DNA from: an uncultured Chloroflexia bacterium
Lineage (GTDB): Bacteria > Chloroflexota > Limnocylindria > QHBO01
Reading direction: 5' to 3'
NCBI GenBank assembly: GCA_963812115.1
Contig: CAWEUD010000030.1
Span: forward strand, 14,223-78,222
Length of the DNA: 64,000 nt
Positions within the stretch are counted from its first letter, which is position 1. Every line of letters starts with the position of its first letter. The position numbers were made by a program, and so were the translations under genes. The notes under the pieces were generated by a model. It ran no database searches and was not told where the DNA came from. It was given only the letters and a program-made list of their open reading frames with translations. Below are positions 8,311-18,200 of this stretch, piece by piece.

Positions 8311-8426
8311 TCCACGGACGCCTCCCAAGCGGGAGGCTGTCTGCATGTATTGGGCTCCTTTCTGCCGCACCCCGTCGAGCCATCGGTTCTGGTGCCGCAA
8401 GCCCATAGAGAGGAGGAGGTCGGCTT

Positions 8427-9005
8427 ATGCGCCGATACGAGCTGATGCTGCTCTTCCGTCCTGACCTGGAGGACGACAAGCTCCAGTCGGCGGTTGAGAA
8501 GGTCACCCGCGCCATCGTCAACGCCGGTGGAGCGCTCACCAAGGTCTCACCTTGGGGCAAGCGACGCCTTGCCTACGACATCCAGCACTTCCGCGATGCC
8601 AGCTACTTCCTGCTGCACTTCGACATCGCCCCATCCCAGATCCGTGAGATCGAGCGAGGCTTGCTGATCAGCGAGGAGATCCTGCGTCACCTGGTGGTCG
8701 TCCTCGAGGATCGCGGTGAGCTGTCCGAGGAGGATCTCCCCCCGGCCGCCCGTCGCGAAGACGACGAGGCGAGCGAGGACGAGGCGGGCGAGCCGACGGA
8801 AGCCACCGTCCAGGCCAGCAATGGCAGCGACGGGGCCGATGCCTCCAACGAAGCGGCCGATAGCGACGCGGCCGTGAAGCCCGACGCCGCGGCTGAGGGC
8901 GAGCCTGCTGCCGCCACGGAGGACCAGCCTTCGGCACCCAAGGAGGCCTCAGAGGCGGAGGCCGCCGCCGAGGTAGAGCCGGCCGACGAGAAGGCCGAGG
9001 CCTGA
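8427..9005 (+). CDS. rpsF: 30S ribosomal protein S6 with a long acidic C-terminal extension
   Basis: MRRYELMLLFRPDLEDDKL...WGKRRLAYDI... is typical S6. Strong SD AGGAGGAGG. About 95 extra Asp/Glu/Ala-rich residues. Confidence 0.9.
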   Translation: MRRYELMLLFRPDLEDDKLQSAVEKVTRAIVNAGGALTKVSPWGKRRLAYDIQHFRDASYFLLHFDIAPSQIREIERGLLISEEILRHLVVVLEDRGELSEEDLPPAARREDDEASEDEAGEPTEATVQASNGSDGADASNEAADSDAAVKPDAAAEGEPAAATEDQPSAPKEASEAEAAAEVEPADEKAEA

Positions 9006-9019
9006 GAGGAGAGCCGACG

Positions 9020-9496
9020 ATGACGTTGAACAAGATGATGATCATCGGCAACCTGGGCGCCGATCCGGAGCTCCGATACACGCCCAGCGGGAAGGCCGTG
9101 GCCGAGCTGCGCGTCGCGGTCAATGACCGATCGCGCGGACCCGACGGCGAGTGGCAGGAAGAGACCCAGTGGTTCCGGGTGGAGCTCTGGGACCAGGCCG
9201 CAGAGCGCGCGGCCGAGCGACTGCGCAAGGGACACAAGGTCTTCGCCGAGGGCGCGCTGCGCGCCCGCGAGTGGGAGGGCAAGGACGGCCAGAAGCGCAC
9301 CTCGCTCGAGATCCGCTTCGCCCGTGTGCAATCCCTGGAACGCCGCGATCCCTCGGAGAGCGGCGGCAGCTACGGCGAGAGCGGCGGCTCGAACGCACCG
9401 CGTGGCAGCGAGCCGGTGGCTCGCCCCCGTGGCGCTGGCGAGGGCGGCGCGGACCGATCCAACCAGGCGCTCGACGTCGACGACATTCCATTCTGA
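9020..9496 (+). CDS. ssb: Single-stranded DNA-binding protein
   Basis: OB-fold N-terminus (MIIGNLGADPELRYTPSGKAVAELRVAVN), Gly-rich linker and C-terminal DDIPF tip. Confidence 0.95.
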   Translation: MTLNKMMIIGNLGADPELRYTPSGKAVAELRVAVNDRSRGPDGEWQEETQWFRVELWDQAAERAAERLRKGHKVFAEGALRAREWEGKDGQKRTSLEIRFARVQSLERRDPSESGGSYGESGGSNAPRGSEPVARPRGAGEGGADRSNQALDVDDIPF

Positions 9497-9509
9497 GGAC
9501 GGCTGACAG

Positions 9510-9779
9510 ATGGCTTCACCACGATCTCGCCGCGAGACGGCGGACTACTACCGGGACCGGCGACGGCGCAAGGTCTGCAACTTCTGCGTCGACAAGGCCG
9601 AATCGATCGACTACAAGGAGGTCAACCGCCTCCGCCGATACCTTTCTGAGCGCGCCAAGATCGAGCCGCGCCGCAAGACGGGCACCTGTGCCCGCCACCA
9701 GCGCATGCTGACCGTCGCGCTCAAGCGAGCCCGGCACGTGGCGCTGCTGCCGTACGCGCCGCAGCACCTGCGTCCTTGA
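9510..9779 (+). CDS. rpsR: 30S ribosomal protein S18
   Basis: [43 protein letters not shown] matches the S18 signature. rpsF-ssb-rpsR synteny. Confidence 0.95.
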   Translation: MASPRSRRETADYYRDRRRRKVCNFCVDKAESIDYKEVNRLRRYLSERAKIEPRRKTGTCARHQRMLTVALKRARHVALLPYAPQHLRP

Positions 9780-9842
9780 CGAGCGGCGGCGCCCTGCGCG
9801 CCGAGCCCCGGCGAGGACTGCGGTTGCAACGGGATTGACGAG

Positions 9843-10958
9843 GTGGACTTCGTCCTCCTGATCGCCGCGCTGGTCGTCATCCTGGTGGCGGCAGAGCTCT
9901 TCACGAATGGCATCGAATGGTTCGGCCACAAGCTGAACTTGGCGGAGGGAGCGGTCGGCAGCGTGCTGGCCGCGGTCGCCACCGCCATGCCCGAGACGTT
10001 GATCCCGCTCATCGCCATCCTGGGGCCGGTGATCTTCGGCGGCGATCCCGAGGCGTCCCACGCGATCGGCGTGGGCGCCATCCTGGGCGCGCCCTTCATG
10101 CTCTCCACGCTGGCGATGTTCGTGACCGGAACCGCCATCGTCCTGTTCGCGCGCGGGGGCCGTCGCAGCACCTTCCTGAAGGTCAACACCGGGGTCCTGG
10201 GGCGCGACGTGGCCTTCTTCGTGGTCGGCTATGCGATCGCCATCGGCACCGCGTTCCTTCCGTCCGGGATCGGCTGGCTGCGCTGGGTGATCGCTGCCGG
10301 CCTGCTCGTGATCTACGCCATCTACGTGCGCATGCACTTCACCGACGAGGCGGTGGAGGGCGACCCCGACGAGCTGAATCGGCTGCACCTGACGCGCCTG
10401 CCGGGCGTCCGGCCGCCGGCCCTCGACATCGACATCCTGCCCGGCGAGGTCGATTCGTGGGAGGCGCCCGGCGTGGTGCCAGGCATGCGGATCGTGGTGG
10501 GGCAGGTCCTCGTCGCCCTGGCGCTCATCATCGTCGGAGCCCAGGTGTTCGTTGGCGCGGTGGAGGACCTCTCGGTCCAGATCGGACTCGACCCGACGAT
10601 CCTGGCGCTCGTCATCGCGCCGATCGCCACCGAGCTCCCGGAGAAGTTCAACAGCGTCATCTGGGTGCGCTCCGGCAAGGACACCCTGGCGATGGGCAAC
10701 ATCACCGGGGCGATGGTCTTCCAGAGCTGCATCCCTACCGTGCTCGGCCTGCTCTTCACGAGCTGGACCTTCACCGCCGAGACCGCCATCAACTTCGCTT
10801 CGGCCGGCGTGGCCTTCCTTGCCGTGTTCCTCATCTTCGGCAACATGCTGCGGCGCGGGGCGCTCTCAGCCTGGATGCTCCTCATCGGCGGGCCGCTCTA
10901 CCTGATCTACATCTACCTCGCCCTGTTCACGCCGCTCGGCGCCGGCGCCGCGCACTGA
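9843..10958 (+). CDS. Ca2+/Na+ antiporter family (CaCA) membrane protein
   Basis: Polytopic membrane protein with two alpha-repeat-like segments (GSVLAAVATAMPE... and GNITGAMVFQSCIP...). GTG start. Confidence 0.75.
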   Translation: MDFVLLIAALVVILVAAELFTNGIEWFGHKLNLAEGAVGSVLAAVATAMPETLIPLIAILGPVIFGGDPEASHAIGVGAILGAPFMLSTLAMFVTGTAIVLFARGGRRSTFLKVNTGVLGRDVAFFVVGYAIAIGTAFLPSGIGWLRWVIAAGLLVIYAIYVRMHFTDEAVEGDPDELNRLHLTRLPGVRPPALDIDILPGEVDSWEAPGVVPGMRIVVGQVLVALALIIVGAQVFVGAVEDLSVQIGLDPTILALVIAPIATELPEKFNSVIWVRSGKDTLAMGNITGAMVFQSCIPTVLGLLFTSWTFTAETAINFASAGVAFLAVFLIFGNMLRRGALSAWMLLIGGPLYLIYIYLALFTPLGAGAAH

Positions 10959-11088
10959 GCGCAGCTCGGCCACCGTCCGGGCGGGCCAGGACCGCGTCCG
11001 GCCGCCGCGCGGCTATACTCGATGGGCCGGCCTGAACGTGCCGGGGCCGCGGCCAGATCGCGGCTGCACTGACAAGGAGACGACGTCC

Positions 11089-12051
11089 GTGCTCAAGCAG
11101 GAGCATTCGACCGCCTCGGCACAGGGGGACACGTCCCCCGAGCTGTGGGCATTCTTCCGAGGTGAGCTGGTCCCGCTGCGCGACGCCCGCGTCAGCGTCA
11201 TGACCCATGCCTTCAACTACGGCACCGCGGTCTTCGAGGGGGTGCGCGCCTACTGGAACGCGGACCAGTCCCAGCTCTACGCGCTCGACCTGCTGCCGCA
11301 CTTCGAACGCATCAAGAGCTCGGCTCGCCTGCTGCAGATGGACGTGCCGTACTCGCCCCAGCAGCTCGCCGACCACACCCTGGAGATGCTGCGGCGCGAC
11401 GGGCTCCGCGAGGACGTGTATGTCCGCCCGATCATCTACAAGTCGAGCGAGACGATCGGCGTTCGGCTCCACAACCTGGATGCCGATGTCGTGATCTTCG
11501 CGATCCCGTTCGGCCAGTACATCGACACCGAGGGCGGCATCCGCGCGCAGGTCTCGTCTTGGCGCCGGACCGATGACAACGCCATCCCGGCCCGCGGCAA
11601 GATCACCGGTGCCTACGTCAACGGGGCGCTCGCCAAGTCCGAGGCGCAGCTCAACGGGTTCGACGAGGCGATCGTGCTGACGCAGGACGGTCACGTGAGC
11701 GAGGGCAGCGCCGAGAACCTGTTCATCGTGAAGCAGGGCCGGCTCATCACGCCGCCGGTGACCGACAACATCCTGGAAGGGATCACGCGCCGCCGGCTGA
11801 TGCACGTGGCACGCGAGAGGTTGGAGGTTCCGACCGAGGAGCGGTCGATCGACCGCACCGAGCTGTACACCGCAGACGAGGTGTTCCTGTGTGGAACCGG
11901 AGCGCAGATCTCACCGGTGGTGGAGATCGACCGCCGCGCCGTCGGGTCCGGCCGCCCGGGCCCCGTCTCCAGGCAGCTGCACGACATCTACTTCAATGCG
12001 GTCAGGGGTCGCGACGAGGCCTACCTGGACTGGCTGACCCCGGTCTACTGA
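11089..12051 (+). CDS. ilvE: Branched-chain amino acid aminotransferase
   Basis: AFNYGTAVFEGVRAY...YVRP...EGSAENLFIV...LEGITR... is class IV aminotransferase-like. GTG 11089 lies 9 nt after AAGGAG (11074-11079). The ORF is open from 11038. Confidence 0.88.
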   Translation: MLKQEHSTASAQGDTSPELWAFFRGELVPLRDARVSVMTHAFNYGTAVFEGVRAYWNADQSQLYALDLLPHFERIKSSARLLQMDVPYSPQQLADHTLEMLRRDGLREDVYVRPIIYKSSETIGVRLHNLDADVVIFAIPFGQYIDTEGGIRAQVSSWRRTDDNAIPARGKITGAYVNGALAKSEAQLNGFDEAIVLTQDGHVSEGSAENLFIVKQGRLITPPVTDNILEGITRRRLMHVARERLEVPTEERSIDRTELYTADEVFLCGTGAQISPVVEIDRRAVGSGRPGPVSRQLHDIYFNAVRGRDEAYLDWLTPVY

Positions 12052-12105
12052 TCCCACCCCGTACCGCCGATGGCGGGTCGCGGAGCGTGAACCGGGCGAG
12101 GGCGC

Positions 12106-13770
12106 ATGCCGGAACCGCGTGACGCCGACCGCTACCGATGGCTGCAGCGCGTGCTGGAGATGGTGCCGGGCATCATCAGCTGGGCGATCATCATCGGGCC
12201 AATCTGGCTCAGCTTCAGCTACCCGTGGCTGGTGGCCTTCTTCGTCCTCGCCTTCGATTTCTACTGGCTCTGCCGGGCGCTCTGGTTCTCTTCCGCGGTC
12301 ATCGTCGCGTACCGTCGCACCGGGCAGGTGCTCGGCGAGGACTGGGCCGCGCGGTTGTCGACGCTCGATGACGTCGCCGCACGGCGCGAGGCGATCCTCG
12401 GGCAGATGGTCGGACCGCCCAGGGACGGCGCCTTCGGCTCGTTGGGGATCATGACCGGCGTGGGGCACAGCAGTGAGGAGCGGAGCCACCTGCGGCGGGA
12501 GATGGAGCTCCTCGACGCCGTCGCAAACCTCGACGAGCCACCGCCCGACTGGCGCGACTACACCCACCTCGCGCTGATCCCGACCTACACCGAGGCGCTC
12601 GAGAAGCTGCGCGACACGGTGCGCGCGCTGGCCGAGGCCGAATGGCCGATCGAGAAGAAGATCTGCGCCATCATCACGCGCGAGACGGACGAGGAGGGGC
12701 GCCGCAACGTGGCGGCCCTGCGCGACGAGTTCGGCACAGCCTTCTCCCAGTTCATCCACATCCTCGATCCCCTGGAGCCGGGCATCGTGGTCGGGAAGAG
12801 CAGCGCCATGGCCTGGGGCGGGCGCTACCTGTACCGGATGCTGGTGCGGAAGCAGGGCATGGACCCGCGCCGCATCCTGGTCACCGACCTGGACGCCGAC
12901 TACCGCGTTCACCGCCAGTACTTCACCTACCTGACGTGGGTCCACGTGACCGATCCGAATCGAGAGACGCAGCTCTACCAGCCGATCCCGTACTTCCACA
13001 ACAACCTGTGGCAGGTGCCGGCGCTCCAGCGCCTGTTCGCCGCCGTGCTCACGCAGCTCCAGATGTGGCGCAGCGTCCTGCCGGAGAAGCTGCAGAGCTT
13101 TGGCAGCTACTCGACCACCCTCAACCTGGTGCACGAGGTGGGGTACTGGGCGACCGATGCGATCCCCGAGGACAGCCGCTTCTACTGGAAGAGCTACTTC
13201 AACTACGGCGATCGTTTCCGTGCCGTACCGCTCTTCATGCCCATCTACGGCGACGCCGTGCGCGCCAAGACCTACTGGCGCTCGATGGCCACCCAGTACC
13301 TGCAGGCTCGCCGATGGGCCTGGGGCGTGACCGACATCCCGTACGTCGTCCAGAACGCGGTGCGCCACCGTGAGATCCCGCTGACCTCGCGCGTGTGGCG
13401 GCTCGCGAACCTGTTCGGCGAGCACATCAACTGGGCCATCGCGCCGTTCGTGATCATGTTCGGCGCCACCGTGCCGCTGGTCATCAACCCGGCCTTCGCG
13501 GAAACGACACTGGGCCAGAACCTGCCGCTCTACGCCTCGACGATGCTGACGATCGCCCTCGTCGCGCTGATCGTGCTGGTGTACGTGGAGCACCGCATCG
13601 TTCCGCCGCGGCCGGCCGAATGGGGGATCATCCCCAGGGTGATCAGCTACGTGCAGTGGATCGGTCTGCCGTTCGTCGGCATCTTCTTTAGCAACCTGCC
13701 CGCGCTGGACGCGCAGACCCGCCTCCTCACCGGGCGCTACCTTGAGTACCGAGTCACGGAGAAGGCTTAG
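12106..13770 (+). CDS. Membrane-embedded family-2-like glycosyltransferase
   Basis: N- and C-terminal TM helices flank a cytoplasmic domain with LIPTY..., DLDAD (DxD-like) and QARRWAWG (QxxRW-like) motifs. Confidence 0.6.
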   Translation: MPEPRDADRYRWLQRVLEMVPGIISWAIIIGPIWLSFSYPWLVAFFVLAFDFYWLCRALWFSSAVIVAYRRTGQVLGEDWAARLSTLDDVAARREAILGQMVGPPRDGAFGSLGIMTGVGHSSEERSHLRREMELLDAVANLDEPPPDWRDYTHLALIPTYTEALEKLRDTVRALAEAEWPIEKKICAIITRETDEEGRRNVAALRDEFGTAFSQFIHILDPLEPGIVVGKSSAMAWGGRYLYRMLVRKQGMDPRRILVTDLDADYRVHRQYFTYLTWVHVTDPNRETQLYQPIPYFHNNLWQVPALQRLFAAVLTQLQMWRSVLPEKLQSFGSYSTTLNLVHEVGYWATDAIPEDSRFYWKSYFNYGDRFRAVPLFMPIYGDAVRAKTYWRSMATQYLQARRWAWGVTDIPYVVQNAVRHREIPLTSRVWRLANLFGEHINWAIAPFVIMFGATVPLVINPAFAETTLGQNLPLYASTMLTIALVALIVLVYVEHRIVPPRPAEWGIIPRVISYVQWIGLPFVGIFFSNLPALDAQTRLLTGRYLEYRVTEKA

Positions 13771-13776
13771 CAGACG

Positions 13777-14916
13777 ATGTCCGACTCGGCTGTCGTTGCC
13801 ATCGCCCGCGTTCCGCTGGCGCGCTCCCTGCGCCGGCTCGTCGTCGCGCCGCTGGTGCTGGTCGCCATCGGCCTCATCGCCGGGGTTGCCGCGCTGCTGC
13901 TCCTCCCCGACCTCAAGGCGTATGCCCTACTGGCTGCGGCTGCCGTCGCGTTCGCGCTGGCGCTCTACCTGCTGGCCGTGGTGACGACCGTCCGGCTGGA
14001 CGTGGAGGTCTCCACGCTCCGGCTGCGCTGGATCGGGTCGGATCGGCGCTACGCCCTGGCCCGCGGAGCGGTGACGCGTGTCGCGCTCACCGGCGAACAG
14101 GCGGTCAAGCTCAGGCCGCGGCTCGGCTTCTTCGGATGGGGCCTCGGCAGGGCGCGCCTGCGTGGCGAGGAGACCATCCAGCTGGTGCGGCTGACCCGAA
14201 GCTCCGCCGTCATCCTGGTGCCCACCGACGCCGGCCGCATCGCCGTGGCACCGAGCTCCGAGCAGCAGTTCCTGGAAGCGCTCGCCGCCGCGGCACGCGT
14301 GCAGCAGCGCCTGGACCAGGTGGCGGCGCGGGCGCGCGCACTCCCGATCGCGCGCCTCCGGGGGGAGATCGCGGCGCCACCCGCGGAGCCCGTCGACGTC
14401 ACGGAGCGGCCGCTGACCGGAATCGAGCGGACGCTGCTGGAGGAGCGGCTCGCGGCGGAGCGTGCAGCCGCCCTGGCGGCGGCGGAGGCCGAACGCCGCG
14501 CCGCCGCGCTCGCGATGGCCAGCGCAGCAGAGGCGGTAGGGGCGCCCGCGCCCGGCGAGGCGTTGCCGCCCGAGGAGGGCCGCCAGGCCCGACGGCTGTC
14601 CCTGCCTCGCATCAGCATTCCCAGGCCCCGCCTGGCGGCACCGCGGGCACTTCCCCGCGGCCGCGCGCTCTCGCTGCTGACGGCGGCCGTACCGCTGTTC
14701 GCCGCGGTGGTGCTGTGGGGTGCCGGCACGATCGCCGGGGGACTCGAACGCAGCGCGACCGAGGTGGAGCAGCTCTCGATTGGCCTCGCCCTGGCTGGCC
14801 CCGGTGCCGCCCTCGCGGCGCTGGCGGCGCGAGCCTGGTTCCCGCGACTGCTCGGGCTGGTGGTCGTCACTGCAGCCTGCACCCTGGTCCTGGTGGGCCG
14901 CGCCCTGCTCGGCTGA
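13777..14916 (+). CDS. Hypothetical Ala/Arg-rich membrane protein
   Basis: Starts 7 nt after the glycosyltransferase stop. TM helices at both ends. No confident family assignment. Confidence 0.4.
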   Translation: MSDSAVVAIARVPLARSLRRLVVAPLVLVAIGLIAGVAALLLLPDLKAYALLAAAAVAFALALYLLAVVTTVRLDVEVSTLRLRWIGSDRRYALARGAVTRVALTGEQAVKLRPRLGFFGWGLGRARLRGEETIQLVRLTRSSAVILVPTDAGRIAVAPSSEQQFLEALAAAARVQQRLDQVAARARALPIARLRGEIAAPPAEPVDVTERPLTGIERTLLEERLAAERAAALAAAEAERRAAALAMASAAEAVGAPAPGEALPPEEGRQARRLSLPRISIPRPRLAAPRALPRGRALSLLTAAVPLFAAVVLWGAGTIAGGLERSATEVEQLSIGLALAGPGAALAALAARAWFPRLLGLVVVTAACTLVLVGRALLG

Positions 14917-15270
14917 TTGACACGGGACCGCCGCGCTGCGACCATCGCGCGACAGCCAAATCACGGCGATGACGGAGCCAGCGCTCCCGTCGAGATCGGT
15001 CCCGGAGCGAGCCCGGATGGTGAGAGCGGGTGGATCCCGACGACGGTGAGAGATCCCTCCCGAGCCGGAGGTGCCAAGCGGCAGTCGTCGTGGTAACGCC
15101 TCCCGGGTGCGCCACCCGATAGCACAGGCGGCGCCATCGGTCCGGTCGGGCCCATGGTGCAACGAGGGGACCGATCTCCATCGGTCAATCGCGGGTGGTA
15201 CCGCGGGAAGTCGTCATGACGCTCCCGTCCCGGAAGATTCCGGGGCGGGTTTCGTGTTGTTGGAGGCAAG
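14917..15270 (+). promoter_or_regulatory. T-box riboswitch leader of ileS, including a candidate promoter TTGACA(14917-14922)-N17-GACCAT
   Basis: Stem I distal module: AG bulge AGCGA (15006-15010), stem GCCCG/CGGGT and loop GATGGTGAGAG (15016-15026). T-box sequence AATCGCGGGTGGTACCGCGGG (15187-15207) with UGGU. A terminator follows immediately. The 5' limit is approximate. Confidence 0.85.
15224..15261 (+). terminator. Intrinsic terminator (expression platform) of the ileS T-box
   Basis: 10-bp GC-rich stem (15224-15233/15240-15249, one G-U pair) with a 6-nt loop, followed by TTTCGTGTTGTT. The antiterminator helix GCGGGA(15202-15207)/TCCCGT(15223-15228) competes for the 5' arm. Confidence 0.7.
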
Positions 15271-18200
15271 TTGTTCAAGCCGGTATCGAGCAAGCTGGAC
15301 CTTCCCGCACTCGAGCGGGAGCAGATCGAGGTGTGGCGGGAGCGCGACACCATGGCGCGCTACCTGGCGCGCAACGACGCGTCCGAGAAGCGCTACTCGT
15401 TCATCGACGGGCCGATCACCGCGAACAACCCGATGGGCGTGCACCACGCCTGGGGCCGCACCTACAAGGACCTCTACCAGCGCTACCACACGATGCTGGG
15501 CGAGAAGCAGCGCTACCAGAACGGCTTCGACTGCCAGGGCCTGTGGATCGAGGTCGAGGCCGAGAAGGAGCTGGGCTTCCGGAACAAGCGAGACATCGAG
15601 CAGTACGGGATCGACCGCTTCGTCGAGTTCTGCAAGGCGCGCGTTGCGAAGTTCGCCGGACGGATCACCGAGCAGTCGATCCGGCTCGGCATGTGGATGG
15701 ACTGGGACAACAGCTACTACACGAACTCCGACGAGAACAACTACACGATCTGGGCGTTCCTGGCCGAATGCCATCGCCAGGGCCTCGTGTACCGCGGCCA
15801 CGACGTGATGCCCTGGTGCCCGCGCTGCGGGACCGGACTCTCCAACCAGGAGCTGGCGACCGAGGGCTATCGCGAGCTCAGCCACCTGTCGCTGACCCTC
15901 CGGCTGCCCATCACCACCGAGGGCCGCGAGAACGAGGACCTGCTGGTCTGGACCACGACCCCGTGGACGCTCTCCTCGAACGTGGCGGCCGCCGTCCATC
16001 CCGAGCTCACCTACGAGCTGGTCGAGGGGCGTGACGGGCGAGGCTGGTGGGTGAGCGCCGGCTCGCGAGAGCGGGTGGTGCCGGACGGACGAGTGCTGCG
16101 AACCGCCAGGGGCGCGGAGCTGGTGGGCCTCGCCTACGCGGGCCCCTTCGACGAGCTCGAGGCCGCGGCGGGTGTTGCGCACCGTGTCATCGCATGGTCG
16201 GACGTCTCGGACGAGGAGGGGACCGGGATCGTGCACATCGCTCCCGGCGCTGGCCAGGAGGACTTCGCCCTCAGCAAGGTGAACGACCTGGCCGTGATCG
16301 ACCCGATCGACGAGTTCGGCGTGTTTCGAGACGGCTTCGGGTGGCAGTCCGGGCGCTACGCCGGTGCCGACGATCCGGGAGGAGCGGACCTTGCCCGCGA
16401 GGTGGCCGACGACCTGGAGGTGAAGGGGCTGCTTGTCGCCCGCCAGCAGTACCGCCACTCCTACCCGGTCTGCTGGCGCTGTGGCACGCAGGTCGTCTTC
16501 CGGCTGGTCGACGAGTGGTTCATCGCCATGGACCCGCTGCGCGGGCTGCTCTCTGACGCCACCCGAACGGTGACGTGGCTGCCGGAGGGGATCGGCCTGG
16601 AGGAGCGCGAGCTCGACTGGCTGCGGAACATGGCCGATTGGATGATCAGCAAGAAGCGCTACTACGGCCTGGCGCTACCCATCTGGGAATGCACCGACTG
16701 CGAGGGCTGGGAGATCATTGGCTCGCACGACGAGCTCAAGCAGCGGGCGGTAGCCGGCTGGGACGAGTTCGAGGGTCACTCGCCGCACCGGCCCTGGATC
16801 GACGCGGTGGAGATCGAGTGTCGTTCCTGCGGCGGGCGGTCGCGGCGGACGCGCGACGTGGGCAATCCGTGGCTCGACGCCGGGATCGTCGGCCTCTCCA
16901 CGCTGAAGTGGAACTCCGACCGTGACTACTGGGCGAATTGGTATCCCGCCGACTGGATCAGCGAGTCCTTCCCCGGCCAGTTCCGCAACTGGTTCTACGC
17001 GCTCCTCACGGAGTGCACGGTGATGACCGGCGAGGCGCCGATGCGGACGCTCTTCGGCTACGCCCTGCTCCGTGACGAGCATGGCGAGGAGATGCACAAG
17101 AGCAAGGGCAACGCGATCTGGTTCGACGACGCGGCAGCGGAGATCGGCGCCGATGTCATGCGCTGGATGTTCAGCGCCACCAACCCGGCGACCAACATGA
17201 ACTTCGGCCACCACCTGGCCCACGAGGAGGTGCGACGCTTCTTCCTGCCCATCTGGAACACGTACGGCTTCTTCGTGACCTACGCCCGCCTGGACGGCTG
17301 GACGCCGGACGGGACCGATGGAGATGCCGAATCCCGAACGCTCCTAGATCGGTGGATCCTGTCGCGACTCGACGGGCTGGTCGGTGACGTGCGGAGCGCA
17401 CTCGACAACTACGATGCGCTGCGCGCCACGCGGGCGATCGAGGCATTCGTCGACCAGCTGTCGAACTGGTACGTACGGCGCAACCGCCGCCGGTTCTGGA
17501 AGGGCGAGCTGGATGGGGACAAGCGCGCCGCCTACGCCACGCTCTACCGCGTGCTCGTCGACGTGACGCGGCTGCTCGCGCCGTTCGTGCCGCACTTCGC
17601 CGATGCCATCTGGCAGAACCTCGTCACCGCCGTCGACGCCGATGCGCCCGACAGCGTTCACCTGGTCGGCTTCCCCGATCAGCGCCCGCAACTGCGCGAC
17701 GCCTCGACGGAGGCATCGGTGGAGCTTGCGCGCCGGGTGGTGGCCCTCGGTCGCACCGCCCGCGCCGCCTCGGGCGTGCGGACGCGCCAGCCGCTGCCCG
17801 CCGTCCGGGTCAAGCTGCCGGCAGCCGCGGGTGGCACCCTGAGCGCCGAGGCGGGCGTCGACGCCGAGCTCGTCGCGCACGTCCTGGAAGAGCTCAACGT
17901 CAAGGCGCTCGAGGTCCTCGATGACGAGTCGGAGATGGTGGAGCGCTCGCTCTTCCCGCTGCTCCCCGTGATCGGCCCGCGGCGGGGGAGCCAGGTCGGC
18001 GCGATCATGGCCGGCGCGAAGGCCGGGACCTGGCGCCTGCTCGACGACGGGCGGGTCGAGGTCAGCGGAATCGAGCTCGCGCCCGATGAGTTCCAGCTCA
18101 CCGCGCGGGCGCGCCCCGGCTACCAGGTGGCCGAGGAGGGCGACGTGCTGGTGGCGCTCGACACCGAGCTGACCCCCGACCTGGCTGCGGAGGGACTCGC

